Below, in pieces: positions 10,180 through 21,198 of a DNA stretch of 64,000 nt. The notes below the pieces were generated by a model. It saw only the letters and a list, made by a program, of their open reading frames with translations, had not been told where the DNA came from and did no database searches. How positions within the stretch are numbered: the first letter of the stretch is position 1; each line of letters begins with the position of its first letter. The DNA is from Promethearchaeota archaeon (GTDB lineage: Archaea > Asgardarchaeota > Lokiarchaeia > Sigyniarchaeales > SOKP01): assembly GCA_029838195.1 (NCBI GenBank), contig JALGVJ010000001.1, forward strand, positions 128,001-192,000, in the 5' to 3' direction. The position numbers and the translations under genes were made by a program.

Positions 10180-11610
10180 ATGACGAGTAATATATTTGGA
10201 ACTTCAGGAATTCGTCGAGTTTTTTTAAATTATAGTGAATCTGATTTAGTTTTCACACCTCAGATGGCTTTAGAAGTAGGTTTAGCCTTGGGAACATATT
10301 TAAACGGCGAGGGCACCGTAGTAATCGGAAGAGATATTCGAACCTCAGCCCTCCCAATTGAATATGCTTTAATTTCCGGAGTTATTAGCACGGGGTGTAA
10401 AGTTAAGACTTTAGGAATCGTAACGACCCCAACCTTAGCAATGTCCTTGCGATATTTAGATGCTTCTGCGGGGTGCATGATCACGGCATCTCATAACACT
10501 CCGGAATATATTGGATTGAAGATTTGGAATCCTTCTGGAATGGGCTACACCACGGAACAAGAAGAGAAAATTTCCAAGATTTATGACACTAAAGCGTTCA
10601 TAAAAAAAGAATGGAATGAGGTTGGAAAAGTTACTCCGGTTCCTGATATTAATGACATTCATATTTCCGAAATCAAATCTCGCATTGAATTTGATGGAAG
10701 CAACTTAAATGTAATTGTAGATCCTGGAAATGGCGCCGGTTGTGAAATCGTTCCTAAATTATTGGGGAGTTATAATGTAAATGTTATAACATTGAACTCC
10801 CAAATGGATGGAAAATTCCCAGGCCGGTATTCTGAACCGAATAAAGAAAATTTAAAGCAAATATCTTTATTTTTAAAAGCCTCAGATCAAGAAGATATCG
10901 GAATTGCCCTGGATGGAGATGCGGATAGAGTGATATTTCTAGATGAGGACGGGGAAATCGTTGATCCCATACGACTTTTTGCGTTAATGGCAAAATACTA
11001 TTTAGAAAAGTATAAGGGTACCAAAATCACGGAGGAAAAAATGACTGTAGTTACACCCATTAATTCCTCAAGCCTAGTTGAGGATGTATTAACGCCATTA
11101 GGATGCAAAGTATTGCGCACTGAAGTAGGGGATATAAAAGTGGCAATCGCATTAAAACAATGTGGTGGATTCGTAGGAGGTGAGAATTCCGGTACCTATA
11201 TTTGGCCAAGCACTCATTATGGACCGGATTCAATTGTCACTATCGCAAAAGTTTTACAAATGATAATTCAAACAGAAAAAACATTAAAAGAATTGTTAAA
11301 AGATATACCCAATTATCCATATTATAACACTAATCATCGATTAAAGCGGGATATTCCTTTCACTGATAACATTATCGAAAAAATCATTAAAGAGATGAAA
11401 GATGCGACAAAAGAGATGAATAATTCCATTAAAAAAATAATACGGATTGATGGAGTACGTTTTGACTTTAATGATGGATGGTTGCTAATCCGACGGTCTG
11501 GTACCAGTCCCTATCTGAGAATTTCTGGAGAATCCACTACAAATTTGGAACGATCTATCGAAATGAATACTATCGCTACGGAAAGGATGAAAAAATTAGA
11601 CCTTATTTAG
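10180..11610 (+). CDS. glmM: Phosphoglucosamine mutase / phosphohexomutase
   Basis: FGTSGIR, ITASHNT phosphoserine loop, DGDADR metal loop, GGENSG, RRSGT; clustered with glmS and glmU. Confidence 0.85.
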   Translation: MTSNIFGTSGIRRVFLNYSESDLVFTPQMALEVGLALGTYLNGEGTVVIGRDIRTSALPIEYALISGVISTGCKVKTLGIVTTPTLAMSLRYLDASAGCMITASHNTPEYIGLKIWNPSGMGYTTEQEEKISKIYDTKAFIKKEWNEVGKVTPVPDINDIHISEIKSRIEFDGSNLNVIVDPGNGAGCEIVPKLLGSYNVNVITLNSQMDGKFPGRYSEPNKENLKQISLFLKASDQEDIGIALDGDADRVIFLDEDGEIVDPIRLFALMAKYYLEKYKGTKITEEKMTVVTPINSSSLVEDVLTPLGCKVLRTEVGDIKVAIALKQCGGFVGGENSGTYIWPSTHYGPDSIVTIAKVLQMIIQTEKTLKELLKDIPNYPYYNTNHRLKRDIPFTDNIIEKIIKEMKDATKEMNNSIKKIIRIDGVRFDFNDGWLLIRRSGTSPYLRISGESTTNLERSIEMNTIATERMKKLDLI

Positions 11611-11655
11611 AATCAATAGTTTACTTAAGCCTGTTCTTAATCTTATTTCTTCTCT

Positions 11656-12750
11656 TTAAATTCCTGAAATCTTAGATAAAAATTTGGGTTGATCAGGGTC
11701 CAAGTTTTTTAATTTTGCTATTTCTAATGTTAGTAAGAATACAGCTAAAATCATTAAAATGGGTTGAATGTCAGGAGACGTGTTGGGTACGGGAATGCCA
11801 TAATCTATTGGTTCGGGTATCTCATTGAAACTAGTGGATTCAAAAACGGCTAAAATTGTTGCTCTTCTCTCTTTAATTCTTTTAAGTAAATTAATTAATT
11901 TTATTTTTCTTTTATCCTCTTCATGGGGGATGATGGCTAAAATCCACGCTCGAGGATCTGCTAAAGTAATGGGGCCATGAGGAAATTCCGCTGTCGCATA
12001 GGCTTGACCAAAGATCCTCGCACCTTCTTTTAATTTAAGCGATGCTTCCATCGCAGTAGCATAATCTGGACCAGCTCCTAAAATGAAACAAAATTCTGCA
12101 AATTTAAAATAATTGGATAATCTTTTAATTCGTTTATGAAGTTTAGGAAGTAAGGTTTGAATTATTTTTGGTAAGCTTTTCAATTCATTTATTAAATTAT
12201 CATGATCTTCAAGAGAAATGGTTTTTTTTATTAAAGCGATTTCGAGCGAAAGTAAAATTAGAACCAATAATTCAGAAACATAAGTTTTAGTTGCTAAAAC
12301 ACTTTTTTCTTTATTACATTTTAAAGAAATAGCATGATCGCAAGTTTTAGCAAGAGTAGAATTTAAATCATTTGTAATTCCAATCGTTAAGCACCCAATG
12401 GATTTTGCAATTTTTATGGATTCAATGGTATCACGGGTTTCTCCACTCTGAGACAAACCAATCACGCAATCATTTTCCTGAAGAATGGGTTTTATCATGT
12501 ACTGGAATTCCATTGCATATTCCGTAAAAGTAGGTATTTTAGTTATTTTATTAAATAAATAAGCAACAGCAAATCCTGCGTTATAAGAGCTTCCCGCTCC
12601 GATTAGGTATAAGTGTTTTATATTTCTATCTGTAATTTTTCCTGCTATACTATTAATCTGCGGTAAATCATCAAGAACCCTCTGTAGGACGTGGGGAATT
12701 TCATAAATTTCTGTTTCTGTATATTCACCTAATTTTTTTGACGAGGTCAT
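11656..12750 (-). CDS. SIS-domain-only GlmS paralog (possible glucosamine-6-phosphate deaminase/isomerase)
   Basis: GAGSSY, SQSGET, LATKTY, EASLKLKE, EFPHGP, PDQPKFLSK; no glutaminase domain. Confidence 0.8.
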   Translation of the reverse strand: MTSSKKLGEYTETEIYEIPHVLQRVLDDLPQINSIAGKITDRNIKHLYLIGAGSSYNAGFAVAYLFNKITKIPTFTEYAMEFQYMIKPILQENDCVIGLSQSGETRDTIESIKIAKSIGCLTIGITNDLNSTLAKTCDHAISLKCNKEKSVLATKTYVSELLVLILLSLEIALIKKTISLEDHDNLINELKSLPKIIQTLLPKLHKRIKRLSNYFKFAEFCFILGAGPDYATAMEASLKLKEGARIFGQAYATAEFPHGPITLADPRAWILAIIPHEEDKRKIKLINLLKRIKERRATILAVFESTSFNEIPEPIDYGIPVPNTSPDIQPILMILAVFLLTLEIAKLKNLDPDQPKFLSKISGI

Positions 12751-12901
12751 GAAAAAAGCCGAAAGAAAATTCGAATTCTTTGATTATATTAGTTAAATTA
12801 ATATAAAGAATTTTCACTAAAATTCATTATATTCCATGAATTAATCTAATTACTCATCTTATAAATTTTCGATCAATTAACATGTAGGACTTTTTAAGAG
12901 C

Positions 12902-14749
12902 ATGTGCGGCATTTTTGGCTTAATAACAAATCAAGAAATCGATATTGGTAAAATTACATTAGAGAGCATTAAACGATTGGAATATCGTGGTTATGACTCT
13001 TGCGGGGTCGCTACTATTACGGATGGAAAGCTTTTTATCAAAAAAGATGCGGGAAAGATTGATGAAATCCATAAAAAATTGAAATTGGACAGTTTTCCAA
13101 ATGGATCCAAATTAGCTGTAGCTCATACTCGATGGGCCACGCATGGTCCTCCTACTAAAATTAATAGCCATCCTCATGTGGATTGCTCCAATAAAATTGC
13201 GATTTGTCATAATGGTATTATTGATAATTTTATTGAATTAAAAGAAGATTTAATCTCTAAAGGACATGAATTTAAATCCGAAACCGATACTGAAGTGATT
13301 GCCCATTTAATCGAAGAATTCATGAACATGGGATTAGATTTCAAAGAAGCATCTAAAGAAGCGATGAAAAAATGTGTTGGGGGCTTTGCAATTGTCGCGT
13401 GTCACGTGGATTACCCCAATTATTTAATTGTAGTAAGAAAAGAATCGCCTTTAATCGTAGGGATTGAAGAGGGAAAAACGGCTTATTGTGCTTCCGATAT
13501 CCCTGCTTTTCTCCCTTATACACGTAAATGTTACGTGTTAAATGATAATGAAATGGCTGTATTGCGGGCTGGAGAAGTAGAATTTTATTCATTGCAAGAG
13601 GAGAAAAAAATATCAAAAGAACTCCAAGAAATAGAATGGAGCATTGATGCCGCAGAAAAAGGGGGTTATGATCATTTCATGTTAAAAGAAATTCATGAAG
13701 AACCTTTAGCTCTTCGGAAAACCTTAAAAATTCCTAAAGATGAGATTCAAAAATTTGCTAAAATTCTTGTTAATTCAGAAAAAATTTACATCACTGCCGC
13801 AGGTACCTCTTTTTATGCCTCTTTAGCTGGAAAATTTATTATCACGCGCTTTTTAGGTAAATACATTGAAGCCATTGAATGTTCCGAATTTCAAATCCAA
13901 TTGGAAGATTGCATGGAGAACAATGCTGCGGTAATTGCTGTATCCCAATCAGGTGAAACCATTGATTTAATTGAAGCCGTGCGCTGGGCAAAAGAAAAAA
14001 AGAATGCTAAAATTTTAGCCATTACAAATATCGTGGGCTCTTCTCTTACTAGATATTCTGATGAAGCCATCGTAACAAGAGCTGGCCCAGAAATTGGAGT
14101 AGCCGCAACAAAAACTTATAGCACTCAAGTGCTAACCCTCGCAATAATCGCCCTCGAAATAGCTGAAATCTTGAAATCCATTCCCGATGAAGAACTAGAA
14201 AAATATCGCAAGGCTCTAGCAAAAACCCCGGATATCGTAGAACATTTATTAAATAATGATATTAAAAAATTAAAAAAAATCGTAAGAAATCTCGAAAAAA
14301 GCCATAACTTTTTCTTTTTAGCGAGAGGAATCTCCATTGCTACCGCAAAAGAAGGCGGATTAAAGTTAAAAGAAATAGCATGCCGCTTTGTTGAAGGATA
14401 TTCCGCAGCACACGCAAAACATGGCCCCATCTCTTTAGTAAGAAAAGGGTTTCCCATCATCTTTATAGCTCCTCCGGATGAAACGTATGAACGATTAGTG
14501 GGAAACGTGATGGAATTTAAAGCAAGAGGCGGTCTAATTATTTCTGTAGTCGTTGAAAGCGATAAAATCATTTCAGAATTAAGTGATATCACGATACGTA
14601 TTGATCAACCCGCAAGTAAATATTTTAATTTGTTTACTCCCATAACATTCATTCCAGCGCTTCAACTTTTAGCCTATTTTTATGCTGTTTATGTAGGATT
14701 AAATCCGGATCAGCCTCAAAATCTTGCAAAAACCGTTACCGTTCATTAA
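12902..14749 (+). CDS. glmS: Glutamine--fructose-6-phosphate transaminase
   Basis: MCGIFG N-terminus, LEYRGYDS, HTRWATHG, SETDTEV, SQSGET, KHGP, NLAKTVTV. Confidence 0.96.
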   Translation: MCGIFGLITNQEIDIGKITLESIKRLEYRGYDSCGVATITDGKLFIKKDAGKIDEIHKKLKLDSFPNGSKLAVAHTRWATHGPPTKINSHPHVDCSNKIAICHNGIIDNFIELKEDLISKGHEFKSETDTEVIAHLIEEFMNMGLDFKEASKEAMKKCVGGFAIVACHVDYPNYLIVVRKESPLIVGIEEGKTAYCASDIPAFLPYTRKCYVLNDNEMAVLRAGEVEFYSLQEEKKISKELQEIEWSIDAAEKGGYDHFMLKEIHEEPLALRKTLKIPKDEIQKFAKILVNSEKIYITAAGTSFYASLAGKFIITRFLGKYIEAIECSEFQIQLEDCMENNAAVIAVSQSGETIDLIEAVRWAKEKKNAKILAITNIVGSSLTRYSDEAIVTRAGPEIGVAATKTYSTQVLTLAIIALEIAEILKSIPDEELEKYRKALAKTPDIVEHLLNNDIKKLKKIVRNLEKSHNFFFLARGISIATAKEGGLKLKEIACRFVEGYSAAHAKHGPISLVRKGFPIIFIAPPDETYERLVGNVMEFKARGGLIISVVVESDKIISELSDITIRIDQPASKYFNLFTPITFIPALQLLAYFYAVYVGLNPDQPQNLAKTVTVH

Positions 14750-14848
14750 CTCTTATAAAATGTTTCTATTTAAAATTAATAGCATGTTTAAAAACATCGT
14801 TCAAAAAAAATCCTTAAATTTGATATCGATAAATTTTGAAATATACCA

Positions 14849-16153
14849 TTAAATGAATGGATTCTTCTTTATGGTTAATCCTTCTTTAGGATCATGATAA
14901 CAGAGTGAATTTGGAGGAAGATCTTCTACGACAAGGGTATGAGCCCCAATGATCGAATTTACTCCTATTTTTTTGCCGCACATGATGCTGGCATTGATGC
15001 CCGTTTGAACTCTTGACCCGATAATAGCTCCCAATTTCCTTCTTCCTGAATCCATCACGGTTCCTTTAATGGTCATTTTAATACTTTTATTATCAAAACG
15101 AAGATTAGATATTTTTGTTCCAGCACCTAAATTTACATGGTCGCAGATGATTGAATCTCCCACGTAATTAAAATGGGGAATGTTTGTATGAGAGAATATG
15201 ATTGAATTTTTAACTTCACTCATTCCAACATGGCAATTATCCCCTATGGACGTGTTAGGCCTAATAAATGCATTAGGGCCAATTAAACAATGGTTTCCTA
15301 TATAACATGGCCCTTGAAGAGTTGTTCCGGTTTTAATCGTCGTGTCTTTCCCTATATATACATTTCCCGTTATGGAAACATTCGCTTCAATGGTTCCATG
15401 GTGTTCTCCCTTGAGATTTTTCAAAATATATTCATTTGCCTCTAATAATTGCCATGGCAAACCAATATCGCTCCAAAACTTATCTTTTATCACGTATCCT
15501 AAAATGTCTCCGGAAAATTCCTTAATTAATATTTCCATGGAATCAGTAAATTCATATTCTCCTCTAACAGATTTTTTAGTTTTCTCAATTGCCTTAAAAA
15601 TTAGGGGATCAAAAATATAAATTCCCGCGTTAGCTAAATTTCCCACATTTAATTCAAGAGTTGGTTTTTCCGTAATTTTTACTACTTTATTTTCCGAATT
15701 TAATGTTATGATTCCAAAAGCTTGGGGATTATCTACTTCTTTAAGAGAAATGAGCCCTTTTACATCATTTTTTTCGTACTCTTGGATGATTTCTTCAAAG
15801 ACTTGGGGATCCACTAATAAATCACCATACATTAGCAAGAAGGGGTCATTCCATGCGAACTCTTTAGCAAGGCGCGCCGCATGTGCAGTACCTAAATACT
15901 CTTCTTGGGTCGTATATTTAATATCTATTTCTAAGGTTTTGCTTACTTTATCAAAATAATCCTTAATGATCTCTTTTTTATATCCGACAATCAATAATAC
16001 AGTCTGGATACCCGCTTGTTTTAATCCTAAAATAGCATGTTCCAGTAAGGGTTTTCCGGCTAAAGGAATCATGGGTTTAGGAAGAGCAGAGGTAATTGGG
16101 CGAAGTCGGTTTCCTTCTCCTGCAACTAATAAGACGGCTTTATTTATTTCCAT
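14849..16153 (-). CDS. glmU: Bifunctional sugar-1-phosphate nucleotidylyltransferase/acetyltransferase (archaeal GlmU)
   Basis: AGEGNRLRPIT..PKPM, GTAHA, EKP, RGEYE, DIGLPW, hexapeptide repeats, HFNYVGDS, NLRFD, GRRKLGA. Confidence 0.88.
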   Translation of the reverse strand: MEINKAVLLVAGEGNRLRPITSALPKPMIPLAGKPLLEHAILGLKQAGIQTVLLIVGYKKEIIKDYFDKVSKTLEIDIKYTTQEEYLGTAHAARLAKEFAWNDPFLLMYGDLLVDPQVFEEIIQEYEKNDVKGLISLKEVDNPQAFGIITLNSENKVVKITEKPTLELNVGNLANAGIYIFDPLIFKAIEKTKKSVRGEYEFTDSMEILIKEFSGDILGYVIKDKFWSDIGLPWQLLEANEYILKNLKGEHHGTIEANVSITGNVYIGKDTTIKTGTTLQGPCYIGNHCLIGPNAFIRPNTSIGDNCHVGMSEVKNSIIFSHTNIPHFNYVGDSIICDHVNLGAGTKISNLRFDNKSIKMTIKGTVMDSGRRKLGAIIGSRVQTGINASIMCGKKIGVNSIIGAHTLVVEDLPPNSLCYHDPKEGLTIKKNPFI

Positions 16154-16189
16154 GAGTTTAAAAATTCAAAAAATTTAAAAAAATTTTAT

Positions 16190-17686
16190 TTATTCTACTG
16201 AATAAACTTTAAAAAAATGAGCATTCCATGGATTTAAATCAATATAGAGCCCATATGCTTGTAAATCTTCTCCTTTATATTTATAACTTTTGCCATTCAT
16301 GATATCTTCAAAAATCCAATAGTCATGCCCAAAATTGATGTTAGGGATTCTCAAGTGGCATTGCGAGGGATAAGAACTATAATTGATGACTAACAAAACG
16401 CGCTCTTTTCTTGTAAACCAAGTATAAGAAATGATGTTCTCATTAGTCCTATTAATAGTATTAATGGCTTGTGCTTCGCATGGGTTCCAATTACCACTAA
16501 TAAAAGGCTCCAAGGATAAATTCTCTAATATCAACTGATAATGCTGGTAGATGGAAGTTCTTAACGCTTCTCTCGGTTTTCTTCCTAATTGAACGGGAAT
16601 TTTAATTTGATTTCCTTCCATTTGCCCATCATGGATTAATTTGGCTCCAGGTAGAGTCAAAATAATGAACGCAGCGGCTTTTGATTTTTCTTTACCAAAT
16701 GCTTTAATTGCTCTCTGTTCATCGTGATTTTCAATGAATCGAAGAAGCTTCACTTGGTAATCCCAATCCGCCCTTAAATATTCTCTAACTGAGCTTGGTG
16801 AGTCGTGGAGCAATCGATCATATAATTTTTTATCATAAACTAAGTCAAAACCTTGTTGCATCAATTCCCATTCTGTATTCCAATAGGCTTCCGCAATAAA
16901 TTTGAAATTGGGCGTGTTTTTTCGAACCATGCTTATTATTTCACTCCAAAATTCCTTTCGGGGGCAAGATCCCGCTTTTTCTCCCCATGTCTCATGAAAA
17001 ATATTGCTCATCACGAGCATTGCCATGTCACACCGAACGCCATCACATAATTGGGCAATTTTCAAAATGGTTTTAATAGCTAATTCTCGCGCTTTTGGAG
17101 AAAAAGCATTAATTTGAACCGTGTCCGTCCAGGGTGGAAAATAAGGATCTTTTCCGTGAGCATATACCCATTCTTTTACCTTATAAAAATCATAGGGTTG
17201 AGAAATCAAATCTTCCTCTGTTCCTTGAATGAAAATTTCAGGATGGGTCAATGTCCATTCATGATCAATCGCCACATGATTAGGAACATGATCTAAAATT
17301 AAAAATAAGTGGCGGTTTTTTAGATTTTCGCGAAAGATCACCAACCCTTTATTCCCTCCCAAATTTTTATCGACATCATAAGCATGTATGGCATAGGGAG
17401 AGCCAACCACATCCCTTTCAGAATTAAAATCATTTAATGCATTTTGATACTCTTTTATTAACCCTGGATGAGAATTCGCTATGGCTTTCCCTTTTGGACT
17501 TCTCTCCCATACCCCCATGAGCCAAATGGCATCAAAATATTTGAATTTTTTATCAAAAATTTCCTCCGGAACGGTGGCTAATGTAATTGGTTGATAATAT
17601 TCCTCTGAGAGGCTGGTCAGCCACTGCCAAGCGTTTATCTCAAGGATTTTTGGTTGGAACGGCCATTTATTCTCTTTAAAACTCAT
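16190..17686 (-). CDS. GH13 alpha-amylase-family glycosidase
   Basis: WLMGVWERS, LDHVPNH, catalytic GVRCDMA / FIAEAY / FIENHD. Confidence 0.9.
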   Translation of the reverse strand: MSFKENKWPFQPKILEINAWQWLTSLSEEYYQPITLATVPEEIFDKKFKYFDAIWLMGVWERSPKGKAIANSHPGLIKEYQNALNDFNSERDVVGSPYAIHAYDVDKNLGGNKGLVIFRENLKNRHLFLILDHVPNHVAIDHEWTLTHPEIFIQGTEEDLISQPYDFYKVKEWVYAHGKDPYFPPWTDTVQINAFSPKARELAIKTILKIAQLCDGVRCDMAMLVMSNIFHETWGEKAGSCPRKEFWSEIISMVRKNTPNFKFIAEAYWNTEWELMQQGFDLVYDKKLYDRLLHDSPSSVREYLRADWDYQVKLLRFIENHDEQRAIKAFGKEKSKAAAFIILTLPGAKLIHDGQMEGNQIKIPVQLGRKPREALRTSIYQHYQLILENLSLEPFISGNWNPCEAQAINTINRTNENIISYTWFTRKERVLLVINYSSYPSQCHLRIPNINFGHDYWIFEDIMNGKSYKYKGEDLQAYGLYIDLNPWNAHFFKVYSVE

Positions 17687-17955
17687 TACAATAATGAAAT
17701 GTAACCATTTTAGATTTAACTTTATTTACTAATTTAATAAAAAAGAGGTAATTTAAATTAACCTAAAGAAATTGTAGTTTCTTCGGCACACCAAGTAGAA
17801 TTTACAATCAAATTTTTGCTTTCCATACGCTTAAATCATGATTCAGCTCTTTTATTAGATGAGCTATAATTCATGAAAAAATGAATTTAAGATAAATTTA
17901 AATTTCAATTTAATTATTATAAGTATAAGAATTTTTCAAGAATGTAGAAGGAAAA

Positions 17956-18528
17956 ATGAGCGATCAAGAAAAAGAAAGCTTGCGAAAATTAATAATGCTA
18001 ATCTCTGAATTAAGAGCTAAAGATGAAGAACGCTATGAAGCCCACGTCCAATTCATGAACGAGACAATAAAAATGATTAGTGCGATCGAAAGTCAATTGA
18101 ATAAACATTGGAATACCGTCTTAGAATCTTTACGTGAATTAAACGAAAATATTAGTACAAATTTGGATTCTCTTCTTACTGGCATCAATCCTAAAGGATT
18201 AAAAGAAACTTCCAAATCTTTACAAGAAATCATGGATACCATGAATAGAAGCGTTCAATCAATGAATCTCGAGAAAGTTCTGAGTGAATTAAAATTATTG
18301 AAAAGCATGGCGCTTGGAAAAACTCCTCCCTTAAGTAGCGCTCAAGAAGTGGAACAAATTAGTGCTGGAATGGGACTCACTCCTCCCGGACTAAAAGCAC
18401 CTTCACCCACCGCTACAACCTCAACAGATGCCACTACTGAATGGGTTGACCCTCATGAAGCTAAAAAAAAGAAAGAAGAAGAGGAAGAGCCTCATTTATT
18501 AAAACCATCAGACTTCTTTGGTTCTTAA
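17956..18528 (+). CDS. Hypothetical coiled-coil protein with low-complexity linker and short C-terminal motif
   Basis: Heptad-rich N-terminal 120 aa, P/T/S-rich linker, ends KKKKEEEEEPHLLKPSDFFGS. Confidence 0.7.
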   Translation: MSDQEKESLRKLIMLISELRAKDEERYEAHVQFMNETIKMISAIESQLNKHWNTVLESLRELNENISTNLDSLLTGINPKGLKETSKSLQEIMDTMNRSVQSMNLEKVLSELKLLKSMALGKTPPLSSAQEVEQISAGMGLTPPGLKAPSPTATTSTDATTEWVDPHEAKKKKEEEEEPHLLKPSDFFGS

Positions 18529-18712
18529 TTTTAAATAGCCCTATGCCTGTATTCAATTAGGGAATCAAAATTATTTTTTATGAAAATAAATTTTCGAGCA
18601 TTCAGTTCAATTATTCATGCTTCCTGTTCTAACCTATCTCCAACCTTTTACTGATAATCCACAATTGTTCATGGTAATGCGATATGAGATCAATCAATAA
18701 TGCTCGATGAAG

Positions 18713-20059
18713 TTAAGGGAACATCTCCATGAAGGCATTTAATCTTGTTTCTAATTGTTCAATGCCTTCACCAATTTTATTAAAATTTATTACGGTCGAT
18801 GGAATTTCTAACGTATTTCTAACCTTTTGTCTAAGCATGTTATAACAATTCGAAATGGAATGGCATCCAAATAATTGATTAAATATTAAACCATCAACAT
18901 TCAATTTTTTCGCAATGCGCACGTAGGAATCCGTCAAGGTATCATTATCACAGCCAATTCCATTTGTTGAGGCATTTAATAAATATTTTGCATATTCTTC
19001 GACCGGATTACTATTTTTTGAAACATTTATTTCATCCAAGAGGCCTAAAATCTCCCAATCAGCGTATATTGTCCTTCCCCCTAATTTATATAGAATTTCC
19101 TGCGTTTTGGGATCCCATCCACCGAATACGGGGGTGACTAATATCCGAGGCATTTTTGATACATCCATTCCGATATTTTTTTTAATTCTTTCCCGCATCT
19201 CATTTACTAATTGACTAACGTTTTCAAGATAAACCTGAGCATTGGAATTAAAATCTTGAAAAGTTATTCCCATTAAAGCTAGAATCTCAGCGAAAGTTGC
19301 GGGATTACATGGATAAAAATCTGAATTACTAATTTCGTACAAAATCGTTTTATAATATCTCTTAACTTGATTTCCTATTCGAAATTGCTTATTCAAGCTA
19401 TTGTCCGTAATGATATTGCCAGTGAGCTCTTCTAATTCAGAAATCGCCTTAGAAATATTCTCCGTAAAAATTTCTAAGGTCTCATTTTGATTTCCAACAA
19501 TGCGTGGCGGAATATCAATCCATATTTGTTTGGGAACTAAGTTTTTTAACGTTTCCAAGTATTTATTAAAGGCACTACAACGAATTGCCACGTTAAAATT
19601 AGCATCGACGTTTTTCCCTTTAGATACATGCATTCCAAATAAAGATTTTATTCCATAACAGAAATCGGTTGAGATCCCACTTTCAATGCCCAAATCATAT
19701 AAAGCATTATATTTTTCATTTAAGGTGTTTATCACGTCATCCAATATAGAATCAATGAGTTTTAAAAAATCAAATTGCCTTGCATAACCAAGAAGCTTGG
19801 TTGTTATATCCCACCCAAAGAGATTTTTTGCAGAATCTAAAGCTATTAAATATTTATTTATCTTAAATTTCTCCATTCTAATTGGAAAAACAGGGACTGC
19901 TCCGGCTGCAAATATTAAATCCGAAAAAGGAAGTGCAACGGAAACTAATTTCTTTCTCTCTCTAAATTTTTTTCTCTTCAAATATTCCCGCCCAAAAAAA
20001 TCATGGGCTAGTTTTAAAACGGATGTGAAATTCACTACATCATCTGCAAATACGCTCAT
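18713..20059 (-). CDS. 2-hydroxyacyl-CoA dehydratase / benzoyl-CoA reductase-family (HGD-D) subunit
   Basis: DLIFAAGAVPV, Cys ligands DFCY / IRCS / FGCHS, C-terminal EQLETRLNAFMEM. Confidence 0.8.
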   Translation of the reverse strand: MSVFADDVVNFTSVLKLAHDFFGREYLKRKKFRERKKLVSVALPFSDLIFAAGAVPVFPIRMEKFKINKYLIALDSAKNLFGWDITTKLLGYARQFDFLKLIDSILDDVINTLNEKYNALYDLGIESGISTDFCYGIKSLFGMHVSKGKNVDANFNVAIRCSAFNKYLETLKNLVPKQIWIDIPPRIVGNQNETLEIFTENISKAISELEELTGNIITDNSLNKQFRIGNQVKRYYKTILYEISNSDFYPCNPATFAEILALMGITFQDFNSNAQVYLENVSQLVNEMRERIKKNIGMDVSKMPRILVTPVFGGWDPKTQEILYKLGGRTIYADWEILGLLDEINVSKNSNPVEEYAKYLLNASTNGIGCDNDTLTDSYVRIAKKLNVDGLIFNQLFGCHSISNCYNMLRQKVRNTLEIPSTVINFNKIGEGIEQLETRLNAFMEMFP

Positions 20060-20061
20060 GA

Positions 20062-21198
20062 TTAACTCATCTCTAAAAAAGCTTCAATTCTAGTAGATAA
20101 TTGACCCTTATTACTGCCTGAATAATCTCTTTCAATGTTTAATACCTTAATCCCCTTTTCTTGTAATTTTTCTTTAAGAAAATTTTGAAAAATGCTAATA
20201 TGATCACAAAACTTAAGGACGTGATTAATTACGATGGGTTCTCTTCCCGTCTTTTTAAAGTGCATTGCGTGTAGTTGTTCAATCCGGGCTATTCGATTTT
20301 CTAAAAAATTAGGAACTTGATGGTCATTACAGGTGTTTTTTTTAAATCGTTCAATTAATAAATCAAACGGATTACTGCTTGAATTTAATTCTTGTTCTTC
20401 GAATATCTGTGAAAAATATTGTTCCCCAATCCACGTGTCAAAATGGATGATATGTCCTCCACTATTGTTAATTAAATTGATTAAATCATCACCAATAAAA
20501 AGTGCACAACCCGTTAAAATTATATCTTTTTTATTTTCTTGAGGCTTGTTTTCAGTATTTTTAGAAGATTCGAGTAGCGTATCTAATTCTGAAGAAATTT
20601 CCGGACCATATAATAAGGCTTTCTGAAAAATTTTTAATTTTTGTTTATCATCATGGAGGACTTTATTAAGTTTTGAAAGCTTGATTTTAAACTCATTATA
20701 AATTTTTATACTTTCAAATAACTCCGTATTGGATATTACTCCTCCTTTTATTTCTTCCAATTGTTTTTTGAAATCTGTTAATGCTAAATTAAAATATTTT
20801 TGGGAATATTCTGAAGCAGTATATGAGATATAAAAATTTAAACGGGGGATATTGAAAAATTTTGTTATGATTTCGGAAGTACAAATATCCGAAACACAAT
20901 GATTTGAAACTACAAAATAATCAATTAGTTTTAAAAATCTATAACGACTTAATTCTAATTTAAATAATCCAATACACGTTTGAGCAAAACAACACGTTGA
21001 GGGGGGCAAATATTCATGACTAATATTCATCAGATCATCATTTCCCGCAAATATCAGCCGCATGGGAATAAAACCGCCCGCATGAATTAATTCTTCGGGC
21101 ATGTTATCATGTGCTATGAACGCAATGATTTTTTTTCCTTCGCTTTTTTTTTGTTCCAAGTAGCCGGCGTAGTCCGTGAGTAATTCTATGTCTTCCAT
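20062..21198 (-). CDS. 2-hydroxyacyl-CoA dehydratase-family (HGD-D) subunit
   Basis: PEELIHAGG..P.RL, STCCF, NHCVSD, LKFCD, ERDY....GQLSTRIEAFLEM. Confidence 0.88.
   Translation of the reverse strand: MEDIELLTDYAGYLEQKKSEGKKIIAFIAHDNMPEELIHAGGFIPMRLIFAGNDDLMNISHEYLPPSTCCFAQTCIGLFKLELSRYRFLKLIDYFVVSNHCVSDICTSEIITKFFNIPRLNFYISYTASEYSQKYFNLALTDFKKQLEEIKGGVISNTELFESIKIYNEFKIKLSKLNKVLHDDKQKLKIFQKALLYGPEISSELDTLLESSKNTENKPQENKKDIILTGCALFIGDDLINLINNSGGHIIHFDTWIGEQYFSQIFEEQELNSSSNPFDLLIERFKKNTCNDHQVPNFLENRIARIEQLHAMHFKKTGREPIVINHVLKFCDHISIFQNFLKEKLQEKGIKVLNIERDYSGSNKGQLSTRIEAFLEMS

Noticed and set aside
17770-17808. Imperfect hairpin between divergent genes
   Set aside because: AT-rich imperfect stem; cannot be distinguished from chance
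18499-18525. PIP box in LLKPSDFF
   Set aside because: Lacks the Gln and the aliphatic residue at position 4
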